Assembly: GCA_038234975.1 (NCBI GenBank)
Contig: JBBSUK010000003.1
Location: forward strand, 1,678-65,677
Origin: Burkholderiales bacterium
Lineage (GTDB): Bacteria > Pseudomonadota > Gammaproteobacteria > Burkholderiales > Burkholderiaceae_C
DNA length: 64,000 bases
Direction: 5' to 3'
The notes under the pieces were generated by a model. The model did not search any database, was not told where the DNA came from, and worked only from the letters and a program-made list of their open reading frames with translations. Numbering within the stretch: the stretch's first letter is position 1; the number at the start of each line of letters is the position of its first letter. Positions 1-8,407 of the stretch are shown in pieces. Made by a program: the position numbers and the translations under genes.

Positions 1-742
1 TGGCCAGCCGCGTCGCCAGCATCACCGTTCGCGCGCCGGTGTGTGCAGACGGCCGCTCGCGTTCGGTCGCCACTTCGTCGAGCAACGGCGGCAAGCGCCA
101 ACGCGAGATCAGCGAGCGCTGCAAGGTCTCGAGGTCGACGCCGAGCACGTCCTCCTGCACCGCTCGCGAACGCTGAGCCGGATCGCGCCGCTGCTGTCGG
201 GCCACCTCCAGGGCGAGATCCGGCGCCACGCACCAGACCAGAAGCTCGGCGAACTCGTGCAGCAGCGCAGCGGCGTGGATCATCGCCGCGTGCGGGTCGG
301 TGCGATGAACCGACAGCGCCAGTGCGAAGTCGGCGCCGCGCGCCGATCGCGCGACGACGGCGTCGAAGCCTGCTCGCGCGCCGTCGACCCGGTCGAGCAG
401 TGCTTCCACCGAAGGCTGCGGGCCGAAGGCGCGAAAGAAGGGCGAGATTCCGAGCATGACGATGGCCGCCGTCACGGTCTCCGCCGCCGTGACCACCCGA
501 CGTCCCCGGTGACCGGACTCGTACGCGAGCACCTTGAGCGTCATCAGCGGGTCGGCGCAGATCCAGTCGCCGAGCCGGTTCGCATCGACGTCGTCTTCGC
601 GGGCGCGCAACGCTTCCAGCTCGAGAGCCGTTCCGCCGAGGACGGGGATGTCCGTAGATTCGATCGTCGCGATCCACGCCTCGAGCGAGCGGCGCGTGGC
701 CGGAGCGGCTGACGAATCGGCGTCGGTGACGAGGTGGTGCAT
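1..742 (-). CDS. HDOD-domain protein (partial, runs off window start)
   Basis: Not in the ORF track. Manual minus-strand translation from ATG at 742 gives MHHLVTD...DIPVL...DPLMTLKVL...ETVTAAIVMLG...AALLHEFAELL...RWRLP, matching the HDOD pattern, and stays open to position 1. Confidence 0.85.
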   Translation of the reverse strand, partial: MHHLVTDADSSAAPATRRSLEAWIATIESTDIPVLGGTALELEALRAREDDVDANRLGDWICADPLMTLKVLAYESGHRGRRVVTAAETVTAAIVMLGISPFFRAFGPQPSVEALLDRVDGARAGFDAVVARSARGADFALALSVHRTDPHAAMIHAAALLHEFAELLVWCVAPDLALEVARQQRRDPAQRSRAVQEDVLGVDLETLQRSLISRWRLPPLLDEVATERERPSAHTGARTVMLATRLA

Positions 743-832
743 GCGATCGCTCGGGAGCTTGACGACGGTATCGGCTTGTCGCGCGCCGTGCTTGAGCCTA
801 CTCTGACGACGCCACCTATGATCGATCGCACG

Positions 833-1696
833 ATGAGTGAGTACACGGCGATGCCGAACGGCGCCTGGAGATGGCCGCGGATCGGGCTCGGCACCTGGCG
901 CATGGGCGAGGCGCCGGCTCGCCGAAGCGCAGAGGTCGCTGCCATGCGAGCGGCGGTCGAGATGGGCTATCGGTTGATCGACACGGCGGAAATGTACGGC
1001 GATGGCGGCGCGGAATCCATAGTCGGCGAGGCCCTGCGAGACGTCATTGCCTCGGGAACGATCCGTCGCGACGACATCGTCATCGTCAGCAAGGTATACC
1101 CGCATCACGCCAGCCGCGAGGGCGTCGTCGCCGCGTGTCGCCGTAGCCTCGACCGGCTCGGACTCGAGCAGCTCGACGCCTATCTGCTGCATTGGCCGGG
1201 CACGGTGCCGCTGGCCGAAACGGTCGCCGGCTTCGAGGCACTCCGCACGAGCGGCGCGATCCGCGACTGGGGCGTCAGCAACTTCGACGTCGCCGACCTC
1301 GAGCAGCTGATCGCGGTGGACGGTGGAGCCGAGTGCGCCGTCAACCAGATCTACTACTCGCTCGGTGCCCGCGCGCCGGCGTTCGATCTGCTGCCGTGGC
1401 ATGCAGCACACCGCATCGCGACGATGGCGTACTCGCCGCTCGACCAAGGCAGATTGCCGCGACACGCCGCCGTGCGGGCCATCGCGGCGAGGAAAGGGTG
1501 CGACCCCGCCCATGTCGCGATCGCCTGGCTCGTGCGTCAGGCCGGGGTCGTGGCGATTCCGAAGTCGGTGTCGGTGGAACGACTGCGCTCCAACCTCGCG
1601 ACCACCGATGCCGCAACCCTCGATGCTGCCGACCTTGCAGAGCTCGACGCGGCGTTCGCGCCGCCGACCAGCAAGCAACCGCTCGCCATGATCTGA
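833..1696 (+). CDS. Aldo/keto reductase
   Basis: GLGTW, IDTAEMYGDG, SKVYP, LLHWPG, GVSNF, AYSPL and IPKS motifs. Start 833 or 851 rather than 734. Confidence 0.92.
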   Translation: MSEYTAMPNGAWRWPRIGLGTWRMGEAPARRSAEVAAMRAAVEMGYRLIDTAEMYGDGGAESIVGEALRDVIASGTIRRDDIVIVSKVYPHHASREGVVAACRRSLDRLGLEQLDAYLLHWPGTVPLAETVAGFEALRTSGAIRDWGVSNFDVADLEQLIAVDGGAECAVNQIYYSLGARAPAFDLLPWHAAHRIATMAYSPLDQGRLPRHAAVRAIAARKGCDPAHVAIAWLVRQAGVVAIPKSVSVERLRSNLATTDAATLDAADLAELDAAFAPPTSKQPLAMI

Positions 1697-1742
1697 GCGC
1701 GAGCCGTGTGCCGCGCGAAGCGGCACACGGAACTCGACATCG

Positions 1743-1994
1743 TCAAAGGCGACTCACGCTCGACAACCAGCCGACGAACTCGCCGTCGACGAAGAGCGCG
1801 CCTTCGGGCGCTCCGGCCTCGGCGTGAAATTCGACCCGTGGGTCGAGGACCTGGCGGTCGGGGACGGCAACCAGCCGCGCCGCGAACGCCGCGAGCGCGC
1901 GGCTCGCGCCGTGCAGCAGCACGGCAGCCAGGTGCCTGGCCGTTTGCGACTCGGAGCCGCGAGGGCTCCACAACATCTGCTTCGAGTGAACCAC
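1743..1994 (-). CDS. Small hypothetical protein (83 aa)
   Basis: AAGGAGA RBS 6 nt before a GTG. 3' part of track ORF 1743..2261; ends ...GALFVDGEFVGWLSSVSRL. Confidence 0.65.
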   Translation of the reverse strand: MVHSKQMLWSPRGSESQTARHLAAVLLHGASRALAAFAARLVAVPDRQVLDPRVEFHAEAGAPEGALFVDGEFVGWLSSVSRL

Positions 1995-2038
1995 GATGGT
2001 TCTCCTTGTGATGATCGAAGCGACGAACGCTTCGAAAT

Positions 2039-2200
2039 TCAGTGCGGATCGTTCTTCATGTCGCGCACTTCGCCTGCCGTGGCGCGGGCCAGGCGCAGGC
2101 GAACGGCGCCGGTGGACCGGCGATGCGAGCCGGCCTTGCGAAGCCGGGCCGCCGCGACGAGCGGATTGCGCGGACGCACGGGTTGAAGGGTGATCTTCAT
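2039..2200 (-). CDS. Small basic protein (53 aa), MKITLQPVRPRNPLVAAARLRKAGSH...
   Basis: Strong AAAGGAG RBS before the ATG at 2200. Arg/Lys-rich. 3' part of track ORF 2039..2332. Confidence 0.7.
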   Translation of the reverse strand: MKITLQPVRPRNPLVAAARLRKAGSHRRSTGAVRLRLARATAGEVRDMKNDPH

Positions 2201-2228
2201 GAGGAGGCTCCTTTCGAAAGTCGAGCAC

Positions 2229-2272
2229 AGAAAACAGAACGGCCCGGGTGCTGTTGCGCAACCCGGGCCGTG
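2229..2272 (-). terminator. Intrinsic terminator (putative attenuator) upstream of the 53-aa ORF
   Basis: 11-bp inverted repeat ACGGCCCGGGT...ACCCGGGCCGT followed on the minus strand by TCTGTTTTCTG. Confidence 0.75.
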
Positions 2273-2306
2273 GCGGAGACGTCGTCGAACGACGTTTCGC
2301 GTGGCG

Positions 2307-2432
2307 CTATCCGGGCGGCGCTCCATCGGCACCGATGCACATCCATGCGGCGACGCTGCCTGCGGGCAGGCGCGGTGCGTGAGGGATGACAGGGGTGCAG
2401 CGGGACATCGGGATGACCAGGGGTTCCAACAT
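2307..2432 (-). CDS. Putative leader peptide (41 aa; alternative start 2408)
   Basis: Manual translation MLEPLVIPMSRCTPVIPHAPRLPAGSVAAWMCIGADGAPPG*. Lies between a promoter-like sequence and the terminator. Confidence 0.5.
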   Translation of the reverse strand: MLEPLVIPMSRCTPVIPHAPRLPAGSVAAWMCIGADGAPPG

Positions 2433-2477
2433 GGGGTTCGTGGGCGACGTCGCCGGAGCAGGCTCCGACTGGCCGCG

Positions 2478-2507
2478 ATGATAAATGACCCTTTACCTGC
2501 CGCGCAA
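2478..2507 (-). promoter_or_regulatory. Sigma70-like promoter
   Basis: TTGCGC-N18-TATCAT on the minus strand, in an AT-richer patch. Confidence 0.5.
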
Positions 2508-2567
2508 GACGAGCGTGTCGCGATTGCGCGACAGGGCCGACCGCGACGTCACGAGTCGTTCCCGTGG

Positions 2568-3092
2568 CTAGCGCTTGCGCCCGAGCTTGAGCGGTGCGAC
2601 GGCCGACCGCGTCTTCGACCACAGGCGCTCGTCGTCAGACGGCGCGATCGATGCGCCATCGGAGGTTGGCTCGTGTTGCGGGCGCAGGGCTTCTCCGATC
2701 AGCTCGAGGAGCCGCGCCCGCGCCCGCGACGGCTCGCGCCGGTAGTAGCTCAGGACGAGACCGACGATGAATCGTTCATCGTCATCGGAAGGTCCGTCCG
2801 CCGTGGGTAGAAGGGTGGCTCTCGCGTCGTCGTGAGGCGCGTCGAGCCAGCCTGGGGGTCGGCCGCAGCGTTGCTCGAACTGACGCGCGAGCCGGTCGCC
2901 GATCTGCCGCGAGCGCGACTTGATCTGGCTCCAGTAGCTCGGCTGGATGAGCAGCTTCTCGGCGAAGAGACCGTCGAGCCCGCGCAGAGGCGACGCTTCG
3001 GGATTCTTGACCGTGGCGCGGATGAACGCATGGAACAAGGCGGTCGCGTTCTCGTAGCGGATCTGCGCCAGACCGGCAGCGCCACTCGTCAT
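2568..3092 (-). CDS. XRE/CI-like helix-turn-helix regulator
   Basis: FAEKLLIQPSYWSQIK...IGDRLARQFEQRCGRPPGWLD resembles the N-terminus of phage repressors. No recognisable S24 peptidase domain. Confidence 0.7.
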   Translation of the reverse strand: MTSGAAGLAQIRYENATALFHAFIRATVKNPEASPLRGLDGLFAEKLLIQPSYWSQIKSRSRQIGDRLARQFEQRCGRPPGWLDAPHDDARATLLPTADGPSDDDERFIVGLVLSYYRREPSRARARLLELIGEALRPQHEPTSDGASIAPSDDERLWSKTRSAVAPLKLGRKR

Positions 3093-3101
3093 GAACAAAG
3101 A

Positions 3102-3120
3102 TGATACGGAATGTTTATCA
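3102..3120. promoter_or_regulatory. Putative operator palindrome TGATA-N9-TATCA
   Basis: Inverted repeat in an AT-rich gap about 10 nt upstream of the HTH start codon. Confidence 0.35.
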
Positions 3121-3152
3121 AACGATGTTGCGGGACGGCATCCGATCCGGCG

Positions 3153-4655
3153 TCACTGGAACGCGACTTCGGCGAAGCTGCGAAGCTTCCGGCTGTGCAG
3201 TCGGTCGATGCCGCCTTCGCGCAGCAGCTCGATCGCGCGCATGCCGATGCGCAGGTGCTGGTCGACTCGCTCGCGATAGAAATGGTTCGCCATGCCGGGC
3301 AGCTTGATCTCGCCGTGCAGCGGCTTGTCGCTCACGCACAGCAGCGTTCCGTAAGGCACCCGGAAGCGAAACCCGTTGGCGGCGATGGTGGCGCTTTCCA
3401 TGTCGAGGGCGATGGCACGGCTCTGACTGAAGCGCCGCTCGGGGGTCGTCTGCGCGTCGTGCGACGGCAGCAGCTCCCAGTTGCGGTTGTCGGTGCTGGC
3501 GACGGTGCCGGTGCGCATGATCCGCTTGAGTTCGTAGCCCTTCAGCTGCGTCACCTCCTCGACGGCGGATTCGAGCGCGACCTGCACCTCGGCGAGCGCC
3601 GGGATGGGTACCCATAGCGGCAGCTCCTCGTCGAGCACGTGGTCCTCGCGGACGTAGCCGTGGGCAAGGATGTAGTCGCCGAGCTGCTGCGTGTTGCGCA
3701 ATCCGGCGCAGTGGCCGAGCATGACCCAGGCGTGCGGGCGCAGGACGGCGATGTGGTCGGTGATCGTCTTCGCGTTGGCCGGGCCGACGCCGATGTTGAC
3801 CATCGTGATGCCGCTGCGGTCGTCGCGCACCAGGTGGTAGGCGGGCATCTGCGGCAGCCGGGGCAGCGGTGCGCCCGCCGCGTCGCCGGCGCGGGCCGCC
3901 GCGCCGGTCGGTCGGGCGACGACATTGCCGGGCTCGACGAAGGCGTCGTAGCGCCGCTCCCCGGGCGCCGCGGCCATGGCCTCGTGGCCGAGGCGCACGA
4001 ACTCGTCGATGTAGAACTGGTAGTTCGTGAAAAGCACGAAGTTCTGGAAGTGCTCGGGGTCGGTGCCGGTGTAGTGGCGCAGCCGATGCAGCGAATAGTC
4101 CACCCTCGGCGCGGTGAACAGTGCGAGCGGATGCGCCACGCCGGGCGCCGTCACGTGGGTGCCGTTGGCGATCCCGTCGTCCATCGCGCCGAGGTCGGGC
4201 AGGTCGAACAGATCGCGCAGCTGCTGCCGCTGGCGCGGGGTGATGCTGCCTTCGACGTGGTCGTTCTCGGCGAACGAGAAGTGCAGCGGGATCGGCTGCG
4301 TGCTGGTGCCGATCTCGAGCGACACGCCGTGGTTCTCCAGCAGGAGGCGGAACTGCTCGTGGTAGTAGCGGGCGAACAGGTCGGGCCGCGTCAGCGTCGT
4401 CTCGTACGTGCCGGGGCCGGCGACGAAGCCATAGCTCAGTCGCGAGTCGGCGCGGGCGACGGTGTCGGTGTGGACGCGCACGAACGGGTAGCAGGCGCGC
4501 ACGTGGCCGCGCCCGCTGCTGCCTTCGATGAACGCCTGCAGCGCCTGTCTCAGGTGGCCGACGCTGCCGTCGTAGATGGTGCGCACCTGCTCGAGCGCGG
4601 CGGCCGCGTTGTCGAAGTGAATCGGGGCGAGAAAGGGCGGGCGGTTGGCGTCCAT
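3153..4655 (-). CDS. amn: AMP nucleosidase
   Basis: LFTNYQFYIDEF, NIGVGPANAKTITDH, GHCAGLR, ALDMESATIAANGFRFRVPYGTLLCVSDKPLHGE. Confidence 0.95.
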   Translation of the reverse strand: MDANRPPFLAPIHFDNAAAALEQVRTIYDGSVGHLRQALQAFIEGSSGRGHVRACYPFVRVHTDTVARADSRLSYGFVAGPGTYETTLTRPDLFARYYHEQFRLLLENHGVSLEIGTSTQPIPLHFSFAENDHVEGSITPRQRQQLRDLFDLPDLGAMDDGIANGTHVTAPGVAHPLALFTAPRVDYSLHRLRHYTGTDPEHFQNFVLFTNYQFYIDEFVRLGHEAMAAAPGERRYDAFVEPGNVVARPTGAAARAGDAAGAPLPRLPQMPAYHLVRDDRSGITMVNIGVGPANAKTITDHIAVLRPHAWVMLGHCAGLRNTQQLGDYILAHGYVREDHVLDEELPLWVPIPALAEVQVALESAVEEVTQLKGYELKRIMRTGTVASTDNRNWELLPSHDAQTTPERRFSQSRAIALDMESATIAANGFRFRVPYGTLLCVSDKPLHGEIKLPGMANHFYRERVDQHLRIGMRAIELLREGGIDRLHSRKLRSFAEVAFQ

Positions 4656-4811
4656 CGTCGGCGGTCGTTCGGGTCGGATTCCATGGGAAGGCAGAATCCT
4701 TGCCTCTCGACGCATGATGCCGCAGCCTGACGACATGCCGAACAGCGCCGGCGCAGCACGGCGAAGTTTCCCGGCCACGCGCCACCGCAGCGGCTTGCTC
4801 GAGGCGTCTGC

Positions 4812-6086
4812 ATGAGGGTGCTCGTGCTCGGCGCCGGCGTGATCGGCGTCACGGCGGCGTGGGAGCTGGCGCAGGCGGGGCACGACGTGACCGTCGTCGA
4901 CCGGCAGGCCGAGCCGGGGCGCGAGACGAGCTACGCCAACGCCGGCGAGGTCTCGCCGGGCTACTCGGCGCCCTGGGCCGGACCGGGCGTGCCGCTGAAG
5001 GCGATCAAGTGGCTGGCGATGCACCACCGGCCGCTCGTCATCCGGCCGCGGATCGACGCCGCGCTCGTTCGCTGGTCGCTCGCGACGTTGCGCAACTGCA
5101 CCGCCGCACGCTACGCGGTCAACAAGTCGCGCATGGTCCGGCTCGCCGAATACAGCCGCGATCGGCTGCGTGTGCTGCGCGACTCGACCGGCATCGCCTA
5201 CGACGAGCGCATGCAGGGCACGCTGCAGCTCTTTCGCACGCGCAAGCAACTCGACGGCGCCGCCTCCGACATCGCCGTGCTGCGCGACAGCGGCGTCGCC
5301 TTCGAGCTGCTCGATCGCGCCGGCTGCATCGGGCCGGAACCGGCGCTGGCCCGTGTCGCCGACAAGTTCATCGGCGGCCTGCGTCTGCCGGGCGACGAGA
5401 CCGGTGACTGCTTCAAGTTCACGCAGGCACTTGCCCGGCTGGCCGTCGAGCGCGGCGTCGCGTTTCGCTACGGCACCCGGATCGACGCCATCGTTCGCAG
5501 CGGCAACCGCGTCGACGGGGTGCAGACGAGCGCCGGCCGGCTCGACGCCGATGCCTGCGTCGTCGCCCTCGGCAGCTACTCGCCGCTGCTGCTCGCGCCG
5601 ATCGGCATCCGCGTGCCGGTCTATCCGGTCAAGGGCTATTCGCTCACGGTGCCGATCCGCGACGCATCCGGCGCACCGGAATCGACCGTGATGGACGAGA
5701 CGCACAAGGTCGCCGTGACGCGCCTGGGCGAGCGCATCCGCGTCGGCGGCACCGCCGAGCTCGCCGGCTACTCGCGCCAGCTGCACGAGGCGCGGCGTGA
5801 CACGCTCGTGCATGTCGTGAGCGATCTGTTCCCCGCCGGCGGCGACGTGTCGCGGGCCGAGTTCTGGTGCGGCCTCAGGCCGATGACGCCCGATGGCACG
5901 CCGGTCGTCGGCGCGACGCCCGTCGTCGGCCTCTTCCTCGCCACCGGCCACGGCACGCTCGGCTGGACGATGGCGGCAGGCACCGCGCGGCTGATCGCCG
6001 ACGTGGTCTCCGGTCGCGAGCCCGAGATCGACCTCGCGGGGCTGACGAGCGCCCGTTACGCCGGCGCCGTGCGCGCGGCGGGTTGA
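4812..6086 (+). CDS. dadA: D-amino acid dehydrogenase
   Basis: GAGVIG FAD motif, [35 protein letters not shown]. Confidence 0.93.
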   Translation: MRVLVLGAGVIGVTAAWELAQAGHDVTVVDRQAEPGRETSYANAGEVSPGYSAPWAGPGVPLKAIKWLAMHHRPLVIRPRIDAALVRWSLATLRNCTAARYAVNKSRMVRLAEYSRDRLRVLRDSTGIAYDERMQGTLQLFRTRKQLDGAASDIAVLRDSGVAFELLDRAGCIGPEPALARVADKFIGGLRLPGDETGDCFKFTQALARLAVERGVAFRYGTRIDAIVRSGNRVDGVQTSAGRLDADACVVALGSYSPLLLAPIGIRVPVYPVKGYSLTVPIRDASGAPESTVMDETHKVAVTRLGERIRVGGTAELAGYSRQLHEARRDTLVHVVSDLFPAGGDVSRAEFWCGLRPMTPDGTPVVGATPVVGLFLATGHGTLGWTMAAGTARLIADVVSGREPEIDLAGLTSARYAGAVRAAG

Positions 6087-6130
6087 GCCGCACCGGCTCG
6101 AGCGCGAGCGACAACGCCGAAGCGACCGCC

Positions 6131-7963
6131 GTGGCCACCGAGATCCGTTCGCCCCTGTCCGGCAGCGTCGTCGATGTCGTCGTGGCCGTCGGCGAGACCG
6201 TCGAGACAGGCGCGGTGGTCGCCATCGTCGAGTCGATGAAGATGGAGCACGAGGTCCGCGCGGCCGGGCGCGGACGTGTGGCGTCGGTCCGCGTCGCTGC
6301 AGGCGAGGCGGTCGAAGAAGGCCCGGCGATCGTCGTCGTGATCGATGCCGACGCAGCCGCTCCCGAAGGTGGCCGCGCGCCAGCGCAGGCTGCCACCCGC
6401 TCCGAGAGCGTCGCGTCACCGTCGATCCGCCCCGATCTCGCCGAGCTCGACGCCCGCCACGCACTGACGCTCGATGCGAGCCGGCCCGACGCGGTCGCGC
6501 GCCGCCACGCGCTCGGCCTGCGCACGGCACGCGAGAACATCGCCGACCTGTGCGACAACGGCAGCTTCGTCGAGTACGGCGCCCTGGCATACGCGGCCCA
6601 GGCGACGCGTCGCAGCGTCGACGAGCTCGTGCGACTGACACCGGCCGACGGCATGGTCACCGGCATCGGCACCGTCAATGCGAAGTCGTTCGGCGCGCCA
6701 CGGTCGCGCGCCGTGGTGATGGCCTACGACGCCACCGTGCTCGCCGGCACACAGGGCATGCGCAACCACCAGAAGACCGATCGCCTGCTCGGCGTCGCGT
6801 TCGCCGAATCGCTTCCGGTCGTGTTGTTCGCCGAGGGCGGAGGAGGTCGCCCGGGAGATGTCGACATGCCGATCGTCGCCGGCCTGCATGTGCCGACGTT
6901 CGCGGCACTGGCGCGACTGTCGGGTAAGGTGCCGCTGGTCGCCGTCGTCGCCGGTCGCTGCTTCGCCGGCAACGCTGTGCTCGCAGGCTGCTGCGACGTC
7001 GTCATCGCCACGCGCGACAGCTCGATCGGGCTCGGCGGCCCGGCGATGATCGAAGGCGGCGGGCTCGGCCGCCACGCGCCCGAGGCGATCGGGCCGGGCG
7101 ACGTGCAGTCGCGCTCGGGCGTGATCGACGTGCTCGTCGCCGACGAGGCCGAGGCCGTCGCCGTCGCGAAGCGCTACCTGGCGATGTTCCAGGGCCGACT
7201 CGACGCGTGGAGCACGCCCGACGTCTCGGGGTTGCGCGAGGCGATCCCCGTGCAGCGCCAGCGCGCCTACGATGTCCGCGTCGTCGTCGACGGCATCTTC
7301 GATGTCGGCTCGATCGTGGAGTTGCGCGCCGGCTTCGGGTCGGCGGTCGTGACGGCGCTGGCGCGGCTCGAAGGCAGGCCGGTCGGCGTTGTCGCCAGCC
7401 AGCCGTCGCACCTCGGCGGCGCCGTCGATGCCGACGCCGCCGACAAGGTTGCCCGCTTCTTCCAGCTGTGCGATGCGCACGGGCTGCCGGTGGTGTCACT
7501 CATCGACACGCCCGGCTTCATGGTCGGACCGGCGAGCGAGGCACGGGCTCACGTGCGTCATGCGAGCCGCCTGTTCATCGTCGCGGCGCAGTTGTCGGTG
7601 CCGCTCGTCGCGGTCGTGTTGCGCAAGGCCTATGGGCTGGGCGCGATGGCGCTCGCCGGCGGGAGCCTGCATGCGCCGATGGCGACCGTGTCGTGGCCGA
7701 GCGGCGAGTTCGGGGCGATGGGAATCGAGGGCGCGGTCGACCTCGGCTACCGCAAGGAGCTGGAGGCCGCCGGCGACGGCCGCAACGCGCTCCGCACGCG
7801 GCTCGTCGCCGCCGAGTACGAAAAGGGCAAGGCGATCTCGGCTGCCGCGACGCTCGAGATCGATGCCGTGATCGATCCGGCGCTCACACGCGACTGGATC
7901 GTCAGGGTGCTGCCAGACGCCGCATCCACACGGCGGTCCGGACGATTCGTCGACGCCTGGTGA
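6131..7963 (+). CDS. Biotin-carboxyl-carrier plus carboxyltransferase fusion (acyl-CoA carboxylase family)
   Basis: ESMKMEHEV biotinylation motif, then CT motifs AYDATVLAGTQG, FAEGGGGRPGD and DTPGFMVG. GTG start estimated. Confidence 0.85.
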   Translation: MATEIRSPLSGSVVDVVVAVGETVETGAVVAIVESMKMEHEVRAAGRGRVASVRVAAGEAVEEGPAIVVVIDADAAAPEGGRAPAQAATRSESVASPSIRPDLAELDARHALTLDASRPDAVARRHALGLRTARENIADLCDNGSFVEYGALAYAAQATRRSVDELVRLTPADGMVTGIGTVNAKSFGAPRSRAVVMAYDATVLAGTQGMRNHQKTDRLLGVAFAESLPVVLFAEGGGGRPGDVDMPIVAGLHVPTFAALARLSGKVPLVAVVAGRCFAGNAVLAGCCDVVIATRDSSIGLGGPAMIEGGGLGRHAPEAIGPGDVQSRSGVIDVLVADEAEAVAVAKRYLAMFQGRLDAWSTPDVSGLREAIPVQRQRAYDVRVVVDGIFDVGSIVELRAGFGSAVVTALARLEGRPVGVVASQPSHLGGAVDADAADKVARFFQLCDAHGLPVVSLIDTPGFMVGPASEARAHVRHASRLFIVAAQLSVPLVAVVLRKAYGLGAMALAGGSLHAPMATVSWPSGEFGAMGIEGAVDLGYRKELEAAGDGRNALRTRLVAAEYEKGKAISAAATLEIDAVIDPALTRDWIVRVLPDAASTRRSGRFVDAW

Positions 7964-7988
7964 GCGGCCGGGGCACGGCTCGCGGCGC

Positions 7989-8201
7989 TCAGTCGACGGA
8001 GTGGTCGAATCCGCTCGACGGCGGGTCGGCCCAGTGGCCGGCGACGAGCGCCGGGTGAGCCGCTTCGTAGCCGAGCGCGAAGTCGGTGGCCTCGGTGTCG
8101 TAGCTGCCCTGGTTCGCGGCGCGCGGCTTCATCGCGGCCGGTCCACCTCCGGAGAAGTACCAGCGCTTCACGTCGTCGACCCAATCGGAATCGTTGTTCA
8201 T
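7989..8201 (-). CDS. Small acidic hypothetical protein (about 70 aa)
   Basis: MNNDSDWVDDVKRWYF... has protein-like composition unlike the shadow ORFs and fills an otherwise empty gap. Confidence 0.5.
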   Translation of the reverse strand: MNNDSDWVDDVKRWYFSGGGPAAMKPRAANQGSYDTEATDFALGYEAAHPALVAGHWADPPSSGFDHSVD

Positions 8202-8407
8202 GTCGTACCCGATGCTGCTTCGCAAGGCCGCCGGAACTGTCGATGGACCGCCACGAACCCACTATCGACCGCCCGAGGTCGAAGCGGTAGGAACGAACCG
8301 ACAGTCGGCCGCGCGCACCGCTTCGGCAGCTGCCAATCCGTCACGCGCGACCAGCAGCGGCGACGAGCGGTCACGGCGTTATCGTCGCCGGTCGAGGTGA
8401 CCGCACC

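Noticed and set aside
41-712. 223-aa plus-strand ORF
   Set aside because: Antisense shadow of the minus-strand HDOD gene, which has the recognisable motifs.
2383-2423. Short direct repeat GGGATGAC(C)AGGGG, two copies
   Set aside because: Only two imperfect copies inside the leader ORF, so not a CRISPR array or iteron set.
4656-6641. 1162-aa 'giant' amn ORF (3153..6641)
   Set aside because: The upstream part is antisense to dadA and the carboxylase. The real AMP nucleosidase starts near 4655.
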